Part shown: in pieces, positions 49,918-60,166 of the stretch | How positions within the stretch are numbered: the first letter of the stretch is position 1 | How the letters are laid out: each line of letters opens with the position of its first letter | Origin: an uncultured Chthonomonadaceae bacterium | Lineage (GTDB): Bacteria; Armatimonadota; Chthonomonadetes; Chthonomonadales; Chthonomonadaceae | Length of the DNA: 64,000 bases | Direction: 5' to 3' | NCBI GenBank assembly: GCA_963835065.1 | Contig: CAWIEK010000053.1 | Span: forward strand, 448,001-512,000 | Notes under the pieces: model-generated | Database searches by the model: none | Seen by the model: the letters and a program-made list of their open reading frames with translations, nothing else | What the model was told of the DNA's origin: nothing | Position numbers and translations under genes: made by a program

Positions 49918-50907
49918 CTATTTCATCACGTAGTTTCCCGGCGTTGTGGAGCCTTTTGCCAGGCCGAGGACGAACTTGATTCCGCCCAGGACGTGCTGCT
50001 GGTAGATCGAGTCGCGCCACATTTCGTCCCGGTGGCCGAGCGCGGTGTAGAACACGCGGCCTTTGCCGTACATTTTGGACCACGCGACCAAGTGCTGGCC
50101 GGGCTTGCCCGCTTCAGGACTCTGGTCGTTGGGGTAGTGGTCAATGTCGAGCAGGACATGCACTTTAGACGGATCATTGTTCTTGAAGATGTACGTTTCC
50201 TCATACGTCTTCCACTTCGTGCCGCCCATCGGCATGGTGTTTTTGTGCGTGTCCACGCTGGATTGCGTCCCATTTTTGCCGGCTTCCACCACGGGCTTCA
50301 TGGCGGGGAAGTCGGGGTCGCGGATGGTCAGTTCGTTTTCGCTTTGCGCGTGGTGCGTCTCGAACTCGCCGCCGAGCATCTGCACATAGGGCGTGGGCAT
50401 ACCCTTCTCTTTGCCTTCGTAGGGAGTCGCCCACGTATGGAAGGTATCGCCGCCCGCGTGGATGGCCGCGAAACCGTGCCCCGCTTTGATGTAATCGAGA
50501 AAGCCCTGCGGGTCGGGCAGGGGCAGTTCGCCGGTCGTGTTGGCGAACACAACCGCATCGTACTTTTTCAGCGCGGTGGGCGACATTTTTTCCGCCAGCA
50601 CGGACTTGATCGCGTCCTGCAACGCTTTTTTCTCATCATCCGTGCCCTGATGGGCGTACAGGTTGGAGTCGGCGTCGGCATAATCCGTTTCCCACAGGCC
50701 GCTGTCATCGCCCAATTTGGCAATCACTTCGCGGGCGAGGGCAATGCTGCTCGTATGCCGAAATCCGGTCGTCGTACTCACAACAAGCAGATGCTTCTTC
50801 GCCTTCTTCGCGGGCGCAGCCGTAGAATGGGGCAACGCCAAAGCAACGGCAAACGCGCCGGCAGTCAGCGCAAACGCTGCATTCAGCAGCGAACGTCGGG
50901 TTCTCAT
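49918..50907 (-). CDS. Secreted ThuA-domain protein
   Basis: GFRHTS, FANTTGEL, IH, GGEFETH, GKGRVFYTALGH. Confidence 0.88.
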   Translation of the reverse strand: MRTRRSLLNAAFALTAGAFAVALALPHSTAAPAKKAKKHLLVVSTTTGFRHTSSIALAREVIAKLGDDSGLWETDYADADSNLYAHQGTDDEKKALQDAIKSVLAEKMSPTALKKYDAVVFANTTGELPLPDPQGFLDYIKAGHGFAAIHAGGDTFHTWATPYEGKEKGMPTPYVQMLGGEFETHHAQSENELTIRDPDFPAMKPVVEAGKNGTQSSVDTHKNTMPMGGTKWKTYEETYIFKNNDPSKVHVLLDIDHYPNDQSPEAGKPGQHLVAWSKMYGKGRVFYTALGHRDEMWRDSIYQQHVLGGIKFVLGLAKGSTTPGNYVMK

Positions 50908-50917
50908 GGTGTTCCTT

Positions 50918-51033
50918 TCAGGTGTTCAGGTGTTCGGGTATTCAGGTGTTCAGTATGATCGCTTTCCGCGCTAAAGTAAACTTCTATACTCTTGTATTTC
51001 CTGAACACCTGAATACCCGAACACCTGAACACC
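50918..51033. repeat. Inverted pair of tandem octamers (TCAGGTGT)n...(ACACCTGA)n
   Basis: Directly visible; related half-sites near 31588 and 35070. Confidence 0.75.
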
Positions 51034-51034
51034 C

Positions 51035-53134
51035 CTAATGTTCAATATAATTCCGCGAAAAGCCCATTTCTTCGGGCGCGTGGAGGCGGAGCATCTTGGT
51101 GGCGATGTCTTTGGGTACGGACGGCGCGGTCAGCAGCGACACGACGATCATAATGCTCAATGATAATGGTACGCCCCACACGGCGGGTTGTTCCAGCAGG
51201 GAGCGAATTAAGGGGTCGAACTGGAACGTCAGGATTTTCTTGTCCAGCAGCATGGACGTGATAATGGCGAGCAGGGACAGCAGCCCGCCAGTCAGCATCC
51301 CGGTTGCCGCGCCGTACTTGGTCAGGCCGCGCCACCACGCGCCGAGCAAGAGAAGCGGGAAATACGACGCGGCGGCAATGGCGAACGCCCACCCGACGAG
51401 CATCGCAATGTCGAACGATTCGACAAGCAGGCCGAGCAGCATGGACACGATGCCGATAACCACTGCCGCCCACTTGAACGCGACCAGACGTTGCGTCGGC
51501 GAACTTTGCGGGCGCAGTATTTTACCATAAATATCGTGCGCCACCGCGCCGGACATGCTGACGAGCAGGCCCGAAAACGTGGACATGAACGCGGCAAACG
51601 CGCCCGCGCTGGTCACGCCCATCAAGACGGCTCCAAGTAAGTGGTTGTCAAGCACACCCGGCAGTTTGATAAGCAGTTGATCCGTAGCGTTGTTGGCGTA
51701 CAATGCGGGCAGTATGGCACGTCCCAAAGCCCCCCAAAGGGGCGTAAACACGTAAAACGCGCCCAACAGTCCCATAACCAACAAGGTCGTGCGCTTGGCC
51801 GCGCGCCCGTCCGGGTTGGTGTAAAAGCGAACGAGGATATGCGGCAGTCCCGCCGTGCCGCAAATTAACGCGATAATCAGCGAGTACGTGTACAGCAGAG
51901 GATGGTCATACTTGCCGGTCAGGGTTCCGAACGGTTCCAGCCACTTTTTGTTGTTCTGCGCGTTGGGCACGTAGGAGCCGGCTTCCAGAACGGCGGTTGT
52001 CGGGTCGGCAAACTCGATTTTGGGCGCGGCCTTGACCGTCTTGCCGTCCTTTAATATCGGGCGCGTGTTTGCCGTGATGGTGACAGGCCAGCCAGTCAGT
52101 AACGTGGGCTGCAAAAGCGGGCTGCCGGGAACGGCCATCGGCGGCAGGTTGACAGCGAAATTGCCGGGATTGGGCGCAATGCCTTCGTTTACGGCTGTCC
52201 CGTAAGCGTCCCACGCGACTGGCTTCCCACCCGCATTTCCTGTTGCTCCCGGCGTGTTTGCCGGAACGGGTCCCTGCGTCCATACCAACGCGACATAATT
52301 GCTCGGCTCCACGGTCTGCCCCGGCATCAGTTTCACAGTCGGTGAAATGTTGCTGAAATGAACGCCGTTTGGGAAGAACATGCGGGTTTGCGCCAGCGTG
52401 GACAGGGAAGCGGCGTTGGCGGGCGCGTCCTTTTTGCCTTTGAATTTGAGCGTGGTGTCCTGTTGCACCTGCGGCGCGGCTTTGGGCTGCGACGCGAAAC
52501 GCCCCAATGTGCCGCCATAGCCGCCATACAAAAAGATCAGAATAAAGACGGGCGCGGAAATGGCGAACATCTTAGCCCAGTATTGCAGCGCCTGCACCAG
52601 CGTAATGCCCTTCATGCCGCCAAGCGCGACGTTGAACGTAATCACGCAGCCGACAACCGCGATGCCCGCCCAATACGGCCAGCCGAGCAGCGCGCCAATG
52701 GTAATGCCCGCGCCTTTCATCTGCGGCATGGTATAAAAGAACCCGATGAACAGCACGAACGTCACGGCGATTTTGCGAAACATCGGGCTGTCGAACCGCC
52801 CCTCCGCAAAGTCGGGAATGGTGTACGCCCCGAACCGGCGCAGCGGCCCCGCGATAAACAGCAGCAGGAACAGATACCCCGTCGCGTAGCAGACCGGGTA
52901 CCACAGCGCGTCATAGCCGTTTTTCATCACCAGCCCGGCGATGCCCATAAACGACGCGGCGGACAGATATTCGCCCGAAATCGCGCTGGCGTTCCAGAAC
53001 ACGCTGACGGAGCGCCCCGCCACAAAAAAGTCGGACGCGGTTTTCGCCTGCCGCGTGGCGTACAGGCCCATGCCGATGGTAGCGGCGATGATTGCGATCA
53101 CAAACAGCAAGGGTATCCAGAGCAGTTCCGTCAT
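51035..53134 (-). CDS. Cation/acetate (ActP-like) sodium:solute symporter
   Basis: DFFVAGR, AISGEYLSAASF, GTAGLPHILVRFYT. Confidence 0.92.
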   Translation of the reverse strand: MTELLWIPLLFVIAIIAATIGMGLYATRQAKTASDFFVAGRSVSVFWNASAISGEYLSAASFMGIAGLVMKNGYDALWYPVCYATGYLFLLLFIAGPLRRFGAYTIPDFAEGRFDSPMFRKIAVTFVLFIGFFYTMPQMKGAGITIGALLGWPYWAGIAVVGCVITFNVALGGMKGITLVQALQYWAKMFAISAPVFILIFLYGGYGGTLGRFASQPKAAPQVQQDTTLKFKGKKDAPANAASLSTLAQTRMFFPNGVHFSNISPTVKLMPGQTVEPSNYVALVWTQGPVPANTPGATGNAGGKPVAWDAYGTAVNEGIAPNPGNFAVNLPPMAVPGSPLLQPTLLTGWPVTITANTRPILKDGKTVKAAPKIEFADPTTAVLEAGSYVPNAQNNKKWLEPFGTLTGKYDHPLLYTYSLIIALICGTAGLPHILVRFYTNPDGRAAKRTTLLVMGLLGAFYVFTPLWGALGRAILPALYANNATDQLLIKLPGVLDNHLLGAVLMGVTSAGAFAAFMSTFSGLLVSMSGAVAHDIYGKILRPQSSPTQRLVAFKWAAVVIGIVSMLLGLLVESFDIAMLVGWAFAIAAASYFPLLLLGAWWRGLTKYGAATGMLTGGLLSLLAIITSMLLDKKILTFQFDPLIRSLLEQPAVWGVPLSLSIMIVVSLLTAPSVPKDIATKMLRLHAPEEMGFSRNYIEH

Positions 53135-53173
53135 TGGTTTTCCTTCTATGGTCTGTCTTTTTGTCTTTATCTT

Positions 53174-53280
53174 TTGTCTGAACCATGATTTTCATGATTT
53201 TTCATGATTTTTGTGATTACCATGATGAGAGGACGTCTTCATGGTAATTATCTTAATCATGAAAAATCATGGTTCAGACA
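53174..53280. repeat. Second copy of the TGTCTGAACCATGATT palindromic repeat
   Basis: Same termini as 25079-25216; supplies the stop of the upstream gene. Confidence 0.8.
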
Positions 53281-53650
53281 TCTCCGAAGTGGTTTCCTGT
53301 TCTAGCCGGTCCGAATGTTTGACGAAGTACAGGGACAGCAGCACCGTAATGGGATAGAACAGGATGCCGAGGAACAGCCACGTTGCGGAAAAGCCGAAAA
53401 CTGTTGTGTTCGCAAGATTAGGCAGGAAATAGTTGACGAGTGGCAGGCCGAGCAGCAAAACGGTGAACACAGCGGCCACGCGCAGACTGAGCGCGCCCTG
53501 CCGCCGCATCATCTTTTGCGCCAATCGGCCCTGTTCTTCCAGAGAAAGCGCCGACAGCGGATTGGCGGGGGCATGGGCCGATTGTTCGGCAGCGTCGGAA
53601 GCATCTGTAAGCGCGGCGATTTCTTCCGGTTCGGGCGGGGGAACACGCAT
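53267..53650 (-). CDS. DUF485-like small membrane protein (ActP partner)
   Basis: Two TM segments, immediately upstream of the symporter. Confidence 0.75.
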   Translation of the reverse strand: MRVPPPEPEEIAALTDASDAAEQSAHAPANPLSALSLEEQGRLAQKMMRRQGALSLRVAAVFTVLLLGLPLVNYFLPNLANTTVFGFSATWLFLGILFYPITVLLSLYFVKHSDRLEQETTSEMSEP

Positions 53651-53793
53651 GATAGGACACTCCTTGCGCGGCGGGGTAGGTCAGACTTATGGGAACAGCC
53701 GCGTCTGAGCGCTACAATACGACAAGCGCGAGGCATATTCCTTATTTATAATCAGAGAACATCCGGTGTGCTGACAAAATAGCGGACTGTTTC

Positions 53794-54150
53794 TTATTCC
53801 TGCATGCTTTGCTTCAACTCACGCGGCGTTAAGGGGCGTTGGGCGCTATGCCGAATACGCAGTACGCGAAGATGGCCTTCCTGCTCGCCTGCTGCATCCT
53901 GCAAGATAGTGAACAGAATGCGGTAAACGACGCGCCGACTTGTGTACAGTAATTGACGTAGTTCCTCGTCTACATCGTCGTTTTCATAGGCAAGCCCACA
54001 GCGGCGTGGCATCTCCTCCAGAGAGAAAATGGCATCCAGCAAGCCGGCATACCATTCATCGGCATGTTTTGGAGAATGTTGCTCCATCCAACCAAGAGCA
54101 TCCTGAGCATCCTCCAACGCCATTGGCATAACATCAACGTAGTAGGCCAT
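53794..54150 (-). CDS. RelE/ParE-family toxin
   Basis: MAYYVDVMPMALED...SLEEMPRRC...YRILF...VLRIRH; overlaps the antitoxin. Confidence 0.85.
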   Translation of the reverse strand: MAYYVDVMPMALEDAQDALGWMEQHSPKHADEWYAGLLDAIFSLEEMPRRCGLAYENDDVDEELRQLLYTSRRVVYRILFTILQDAAGEQEGHLRVLRIRHSAQRPLTPRELKQSMQE

Positions 54151-54448
54151 GCCGCCGCCCCAATTCTTCCAATGCTTCCCGTGCGGGAAGCGCCTGTCCG
54201 CGTTCGCTTTGCAGCAGACTTTTTTGCACAGCGGCAACGTTTTCCCAATGTTCGGCGCGATCTTGTAGCGCTTGATACGCTTCCACGCTTAAAGCGACAA
54301 ATTGCGGCTTGCCTTCTATTGTCACCAGCAGCGGTTCCCCGGTGGCCTGAACTTCCGCGATAATTTGATTCAGGGTGCGGGGTTCGCTCGCCACTTGCTC
54401 TGCTTGGATCGGTTCGGTTTGTACGGGTTCCGTGACAATCGCAGTCAT
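54134..54448 (-). CDS. Phd/YefM-family antitoxin
   Basis: TGEPLLVTIEGKPQFVALSVEAYQ motif. Confidence 0.8.
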   Translation of the reverse strand: MTAIVTEPVQTEPIQAEQVASEPRTLNQIIAEVQATGEPLLVTIEGKPQFVALSVEAYQALQDRAEHWENVAAVQKSLLQSERGQALPAREALEELGRRHGLLR

Positions 54449-54798
54449 TTCTTTTCTCCTTGCCGTCCGTTAAACTATGACTCCGTTTCAGAACTTAGGG
54501 GCAGTGAACACGAATTCATAAGGAACAGCGCTTATCGATACATTATACGCCAAAAACCGCATTGAACATAAGGCAGGTAGAAGAAGTACGCCAACATTCG
54601 CTATGCGTCCTGTGCATGAAACGCATGAAAAATTAACATTTGCATTATAATGGCAGGCAACGGTAAAATAGGAACGTCTTCAACTCTATTCCGCTCGTCG
54701 GCCTGCCACCCTGAATTTGCCTGCGGCGCTCCATTGTCGGAGGGCGCGGACTACAACCCAATCCGGCAGGCTGCGACACGGCGCAAAAGGATACACTT

Positions 54799-57778
54799 AT
54801 GTCACCGCACAACCTCTTTAACACCCTCCAGAACTTCACGTATGACAACGGCGCGACGGGGCAGTATTACTCCCTGCCGCAACTGGAAACTGAAGGCGTC
54901 GGGCCGGTTTCCAAACTGCCCGTCAGCATCCGCATCGTGCTTGAGTCCGTGCTGCGCAACGTGGACGGCAAGCGCGTCACGCAGGAGGATGTTCGCGCCC
55001 TTTCCAACTGGCAGCCCAACGCGGAGCGCACGGAAGAAATTCCCTTCATCGTTGCCCGCATCGTTTTGCAGGATTTTACGGGCGTTCCCCTGCTCGTAGA
55101 CCTCGCCGCCATGCGCTCGACCGTTGCCCGGCTGGGCAAAGACCCCGGCATCATCGAGCCGCTCGTGCCCGTTGACCTCGTGGTAGACCATTCCGTGCAG
55201 GTGGATTACGCGGAAATCCCCGACGCCCTGCAAAAGAACATGGAGATCGAATTCAAGCGCAACCGCGCCCGCTACCAGTTCTTGAAGTGGGGGATGCAGG
55301 CGTTCAATGGCTTCAGCGTGGTTCCTCCCGGCATCGGCATCGTGCATCAGGTCAATTTGGAATATCTCGCCAAAGGCGTTCTGCAAAAAGACGGCGTGAC
55401 GTATCCCGATACCCTTGTGGGAACCGACTCGCACACGACTATGATTAACGGGCTTGGCATTGTGGGCTGGGGCGTGGGCGGCATCGAAGCCGAAGCGGGC
55501 ATGCTGGGCCAGCCGGTCTACTTCCTGACCCCGGATGTCGTGGGCGTTCACCTGACGGGCGCGTTAAAAGAAGGCATGACGGCTACCGACCTCGTTTTGA
55601 CGATTACGGAAATGCTGCGCAAGGCCAAAGTGGTGGGCAAGTTCGTGGAATTTCACGGCGAAGGCGCGGCCAGCCTGAGCCTGACCGACCGGGCGACGAT
55701 TGCCAACATGGCTCCCGAATACGGCGCGACAATGGGCTTCTTCCCCGTTGACGAGGAAACCTGCCGCTACCTGACCGCAACCGGGCGCACATCCGCGCAG
55801 GTAGACGCTTTCCGCCAGTATTTCAAGGCGCAGGGTTTGTTCGGGATGCCCAAGCAGGGCGAGATTGAGTACAGCCAACTGCTGGAACTGGATCTGGCGA
55901 CCGTCACGCCGAGCGTTGCCGGCCCGCGCCGCCCGCAGGATCGCATCAGCCTGGACGAAATCAAAACCAAGTTCAATGACCTGCTGCACAAACCCACAGC
56001 CGAAAGCGGCTACAACAAGCCCTTCAACGAGGCCAACAAGCACTTCTTCGTGCGTACCGGCCTGCGCAAGGGCGAGGCCGTTTCTGAAGCGACCCTGAGT
56101 GGCGGCGGCGAGCAGGATTCGGACACCATACCCGAAGGCGCGGACCCGCTGGAAAGCGTGAAGGATACCAGCGTCATTACCGAAATCGAAATGATGCAGA
56201 ACCGCCCCACGCCTGACCGCGTGGAAGACATGCCAGCCGAGGAATTCACCCGCGCAATGGTAGACCTGCATCATGGTGACGTGGTAATCGCGGCGATTAC
56301 GTCCTGCACCAACACGTCCAACCCAAGCGTGATGCTGGCGGCGGGACTGGTGGCGAAGAAAGCCGTCGAGCGCGGCCTGACCGTGCGCTCCGCCGTGAAG
56401 ACAAGTCTTGCGCCGGGCAGCCGCGTGGTTACGGAGTACCTGAACAAAACGGGATTGTCCACCTATCTGGACCAACTCGGCTTCCAGACGGTCGGCTATG
56501 GCTGCACAACCTGCATCGGCAACAGCGGACCATTGGAGCCGCATCTGGAAGACGCCATTGTTAAAAACGATCTGGTTGTGGCAAGTGTGCTGTCGGGCAA
56601 CCGCAACTTCGAGGCGCGCGTCCACCAAAACGTCAAGGCCAACTTCCTGATGTCGCCTCCCCTTGTCGTGGCCTTTGCGCTTGCGGGGCGCGTGGACATA
56701 GACATGGCAACCGACCCGCTCGGCGAAGACCGGCACGGGGATGAAGTGTATCTGCGCGACATCTGGCCCACGATGGCGGAAATCGGCGAAGTGCTGCAAG
56801 CCGCCAATGATCCCGAAACGTACCGCGCGCTGTACAAGGATTTTGCCGACCAGAACCCGCTGTGGGCCGAAATTCCAAGCAGCGTCGGCAACGTGTATAA
56901 CTGGGACGAAAGTTCCACCTACATTCAGGAGCCGCCCTACTTCGACAAGTTCGGCATGGAAGCGGGCGTTGCCAAAGACATTAAAAACGCCCGCGCGCTC
57001 GCCATTTTCGGCGACAGCGTGACAACGGATCACATCAGTCCCGCAGGCGCGATCAAAGCCAGCAGTCCCGCCGGTCTGTACTTGCAGGAAAAGGGCGTGG
57101 TTCCGCAGGACTTCAACAGCTACGGCTCGCGGCGCGGCAACGACCGCATTATGATGCGCGGCACGTTCGCCAACGTCCGCATCAAGAACCTGATGGTTCC
57201 GGGCGTGGAGGGCGGCGTTACGCGGCATCAGCCGGACGGCGAGGAAACGAGCATTTACGACGCCAGCATCAAGTATCAGGCGTCCAACATCCCGCTGATT
57301 ATTCTGGCCGGACAGGAGTACGGCACGGGCAGCAGCCGCGACTGGGCCGCCAAAGGCACAAACCTGCTTGGGCGTGAAAGCGGTGATCGCGCAGTCGTTC
57401 GAGCGCATCCACCGCAGCAATCTTGTCGGCATGGGCGTCCTGCCCCTGCAATTCAAGGAAGGCGTAAACGCGCAGTCACTCGGCCTGGACGGAACCGAAA
57501 TGTTCGACCTGATCGGCCTGGAAGCGGGACTAACCCCGCGCATGGACGCAACGCTGGTCATCAAGCGCGCGAAGGAAAGCGGCGTGGAAACCACCGAAGT
57601 GCCGCTCACCCTGCGCATTGACACGCCGATTGAAGTGGATTACTTCCTGCACGGCGGCATCCTGCCCTACGTCCTGCGCCAACTCATCGCCGAAGCGCCC
57701 GACCAGGCCGCCAAAACGCCCACCTCCCCCGCCCTGCTCGAACCTGAAACGAGCGAAACGGCTGCCGGCGGCATTTAG
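54799..57778 (+). CDS. acnA: Aconitate hydratase A, with one +1 frameshift near 57370
   Basis: [50 protein letters not shown]; continues in ORF 57368-57778 ([18 protein letters not shown]). Confidence 0.95.
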
Positions 57779-57801
57779 CGCTACACGCCCGATGAAAGCA
57801 A

Positions 57802-57830
57802 GCGGGCGAACGTCAGAAACGTTCGCCCGT
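57802..57830. terminator. Hairpin terminator between convergent genes
   Basis: CGGGCGAACGT / ACGTTCGCCCG inverted repeat. Confidence 0.6.
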
Positions 57831-57861
57831 TCTATTTCAAAAGACTACAAAATGGACTTGT

Positions 57862-58233
57862 TCAGGGACGACGTTCGATAAGTACACGTCCGCCGATTTC
57901 CGCATCTACAATAAGGCGGTAGCCGTCCAGCATGGACATGCCGACCAATATTTCGTTTGCCATCAGCAGAGCGGAAACGTTGCGCGTCTGACCATCCCAA
58001 TCAACGTCAGCATCCACAAGGCTTGACGCCTGAAATGCGCCGCCTGCAACAGTTATACCCGTTGGTACGCCAATGGGAAAGCCCAACCGCGCGATAACAT
58101 CAGGAGGCAGCGTCAGAAAGCCTTGAAAGCCGGTATCAACAAGGGCATCCACCTCTTCGATATGGCCGTTGCGCCCAATCAAGCGCAGTCGAATCATGGG
58201 ATCACGGTCAGTGGAAACAACCCCTTGAATCAT
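57862..58233 (-). CDS. Clan AA single-domain aspartyl protease
   Basis: ALVDTGFQGFLTLP, ILVGMSML. Confidence 0.85.
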   Translation of the reverse strand: MIQGVVSTDRDPMIRLRLIGRNGHIEEVDALVDTGFQGFLTLPPDVIARLGFPIGVPTGITVAGGAFQASSLVDADVDWDGQTRNVSALLMANEILVGMSMLDGYRLIVDAEIGGRVLIERRP

Positions 58234-58600
58234 GGCTGCACCGTCCGCATCTGTCTGCGCAGCCGGTAGGCGGCAGGTTCGCCAATCCGCATCAGGTAGA
58301 GCGCCGCGCCGGGAAACTTTGCCTGCGCTTTTCGCATCGCGTTCAAATCATTATCATCTGTTTCGTACTCGCCGGTATCCACATTGATAACGAGAAATTT
58401 GCCTTTGTGCGTTGCTTCCAACTGAGCGCGTAACTGTTGCGCATACACTGCCTGACCACGCCGTATAATGTCGTTACGCGACGCGCTGATTTCCTGAGCG
58501 CGACGCAGCAAGTCACCTTGCTCCTCTGAACTAAACTCATCCCATGCGCGTACATCGCGTCCCTGACTGCGTTCAGCAATCGCTTCCGCCACGACACTGG
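58230..58600 (-). CDS. DUF5678-like small protein coupled to the aspartyl protease (start uncertain)
   Basis: GQAVY...LEATHKGKFLVINVDTGEYE...AKFPGA...RIG; ATGA overlap with the protease. Confidence 0.6.
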
Positions 58601-58903
58601 TGAGGCTGCTGCCAGCAAATGGGTCTTGTTGAGGTAAAAGGCTACTTGAGTCTGTCAATTTGTTGCTCCGAAAGGCAGTCTCATAATCGTATATGGTCGA
58701 CGCTTCTATTTGCTTGCAGAATAATACTATAATATGACGTCGTTTGGTAAGGTATCGGAAACAGAAATAGGGCAAATGGGAACGGCAGTGATGCAAGGGC
58801 GATTGTCGCGCGAGGCGTATGTGGCGGACGTGCTGCATGAAACATGGAAGCGCGTAGCAACGGTGCTGGGGCTGAGATATACGCGAACAGAGGAGTAAAT
58901 AAA

Positions 58904-59135
58904 ATGGCGTTCACCATAGACGGAGATCAGAGTATTCTATGCAGCGACGTATGCTTGCATTGCAGGCACTTTCAATTTGCTCACTTTAACCAATTGTGCC
59001 GCTTTTCCCGAAGGCATTCCGCTGCCGATTGCGCGAGAAGAGAACGATCATCACCAACCCTATCCGGGTGATCACGGCCTGCAATTTCAACCGGCTGAAG
59101 ACTTGGTTTTGGCACAGCCTGTCGCTGCGCTGTAA
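58904..59135 (+). pseudogene. Small Cys/His protein with one frameshift
   Basis: GGAG RBS; MAFTID...CLHCRH then shifted frame CAAFPEGIP...DHHQPYPGDHGLQF. Confidence 0.55.
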
Positions 59136-59146
59136 TGGAGGCCGCA

Positions 59147-59265
59147 GTTGCCAATGCGGACGTGAACGCCAAAGACAAGGACGGGTGGACAGCGTTTGTG
59201 CCGGCGAAATGGTATACCAACGCCAAAATTGTCTCCCTGCTGAAAAAGGCGGGCGCAAAGCAGCC
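59147..59265 (+). pseudogene. C-terminal fragment of an ankyrin-repeat gene
   Basis: NADVNAKDKDGWTA...IVSLLKKAGAK. Confidence 0.6.
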
Positions 59266-59393
59266 GAAAACAAGCGGAATCTTTTTGGAACCATTTGCCG
59301 GGGTGGGGAAGTCCTAGCAGGTAAGGAAACGCTGGCCGGAATGTGGCGTCGTTTCAACAGGAAATTCGTGCGCAACACCAAAGAGGCAAGTCC

Positions 59394-60044
59394 ATGAAAA
59401 AGTACATAGTGGCATCGCTGCTGTGCGCCCTGAGCGCGCTTGGAACTACCGCAACGCTGGCGCAATCCGCGTCAAGCGCCAACGCTTCGCAAACGGAAAA
59501 TACGGCCAACAGCCCGGTGGCTTCGCAGTCGAGCGGTTATGAAGGAATGTGGCAGGGAACGTTGCGCACCCCGGAAGGCTTGCGCCGCGTGATTCTGGAC
59601 GTTACGCGCCGGCCCGATGGCAGCGGCTTGATGGGCAGCATGGTCACATCCGCGCAAACGCCGTTCAGCGTCCTTGTGGACACGTTTGCCACGCAGGATC
59701 GGCATGTGCGCCTGGACATGAAGACCGCCAACAGCGCGTTTGAAGGTGTAAGCAACCGCAGCCTGACCGAAATCAAGGGAACGTGGACGCGGGAGGGCAA
59801 ATCCCTGGCGCTCACCCTGAAGCGCATGGAACTGACGCCCCGCGACGGCAAAGCCAGCGTCTATGGAATGCAGGCCCAAGTCGCTGGCGCATCCCGCAAA
59901 GACGATCCTGAAAACCCGTCCAGTCCCTACGAGCAGCGCCGAACGCCCGCTTTCCGCATCGCGCCGCCCCGCTGGTTCTCCTGGTACGAGTGGACGCCGC
60001 GCATCGGCAATCAGGAAACGCCGTATGGGACGTATTATTGGTAA
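59394..60044 (+). CDS. Hypothetical secreted protein
   Basis: Signal peptide MKKYIVASLLC...; GMWQGTL...FEG...IKGTW...LTLKR beta-barrel-like motif. Confidence 0.75.
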   Translation: MKKYIVASLLCALSALGTTATLAQSASSANASQTENTANSPVASQSSGYEGMWQGTLRTPEGLRRVILDVTRRPDGSGLMGSMVTSAQTPFSVLVDTFATQDRHVRLDMKTANSAFEGVSNRSLTEIKGTWTREGKSLALTLKRMELTPRDGKASVYGMQAQVAGASRKDDPENPSSPYEQRRTPAFRIAPPRWFSWYEWTPRIGNQETPYGTYYW

Positions 60045-60050
60045 GAAGAA

Positions 60051-60160
60051 GACGGTAGACAGTAGACGGTAGACAGTAGAAATGCAGCCTGCTCCTTGTC
60101 GCTTTTGCGCATTAGGAGCAGGCTGTAATGCTAAGTACCTACCGTCTACCGTCTACCGTC
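60051..60160. repeat. Inverted tandem heptamers (GTAGACR)n...(CTACCGT)n around a hairpin between convergent genes
   Basis: Inner stem CAGCCTGCTCCT / AGGAGCAGGCTG. Confidence 0.75.
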
Positions 60161-60166
60161 TTCCTC

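Noticed and set aside
57360..57380. acnA as a true pseudogene
   Set aside because: One extra base in a short run, with otherwise intact motifs on both sides; probable assembly indel.
55564..57624. 686-aa minus-strand ORF, and similar long antisense ORFs at 49891, 60128 and 62724
   Set aside because: Antisense to well-supported genes in GC-rich DNA, with no recognisable motifs.
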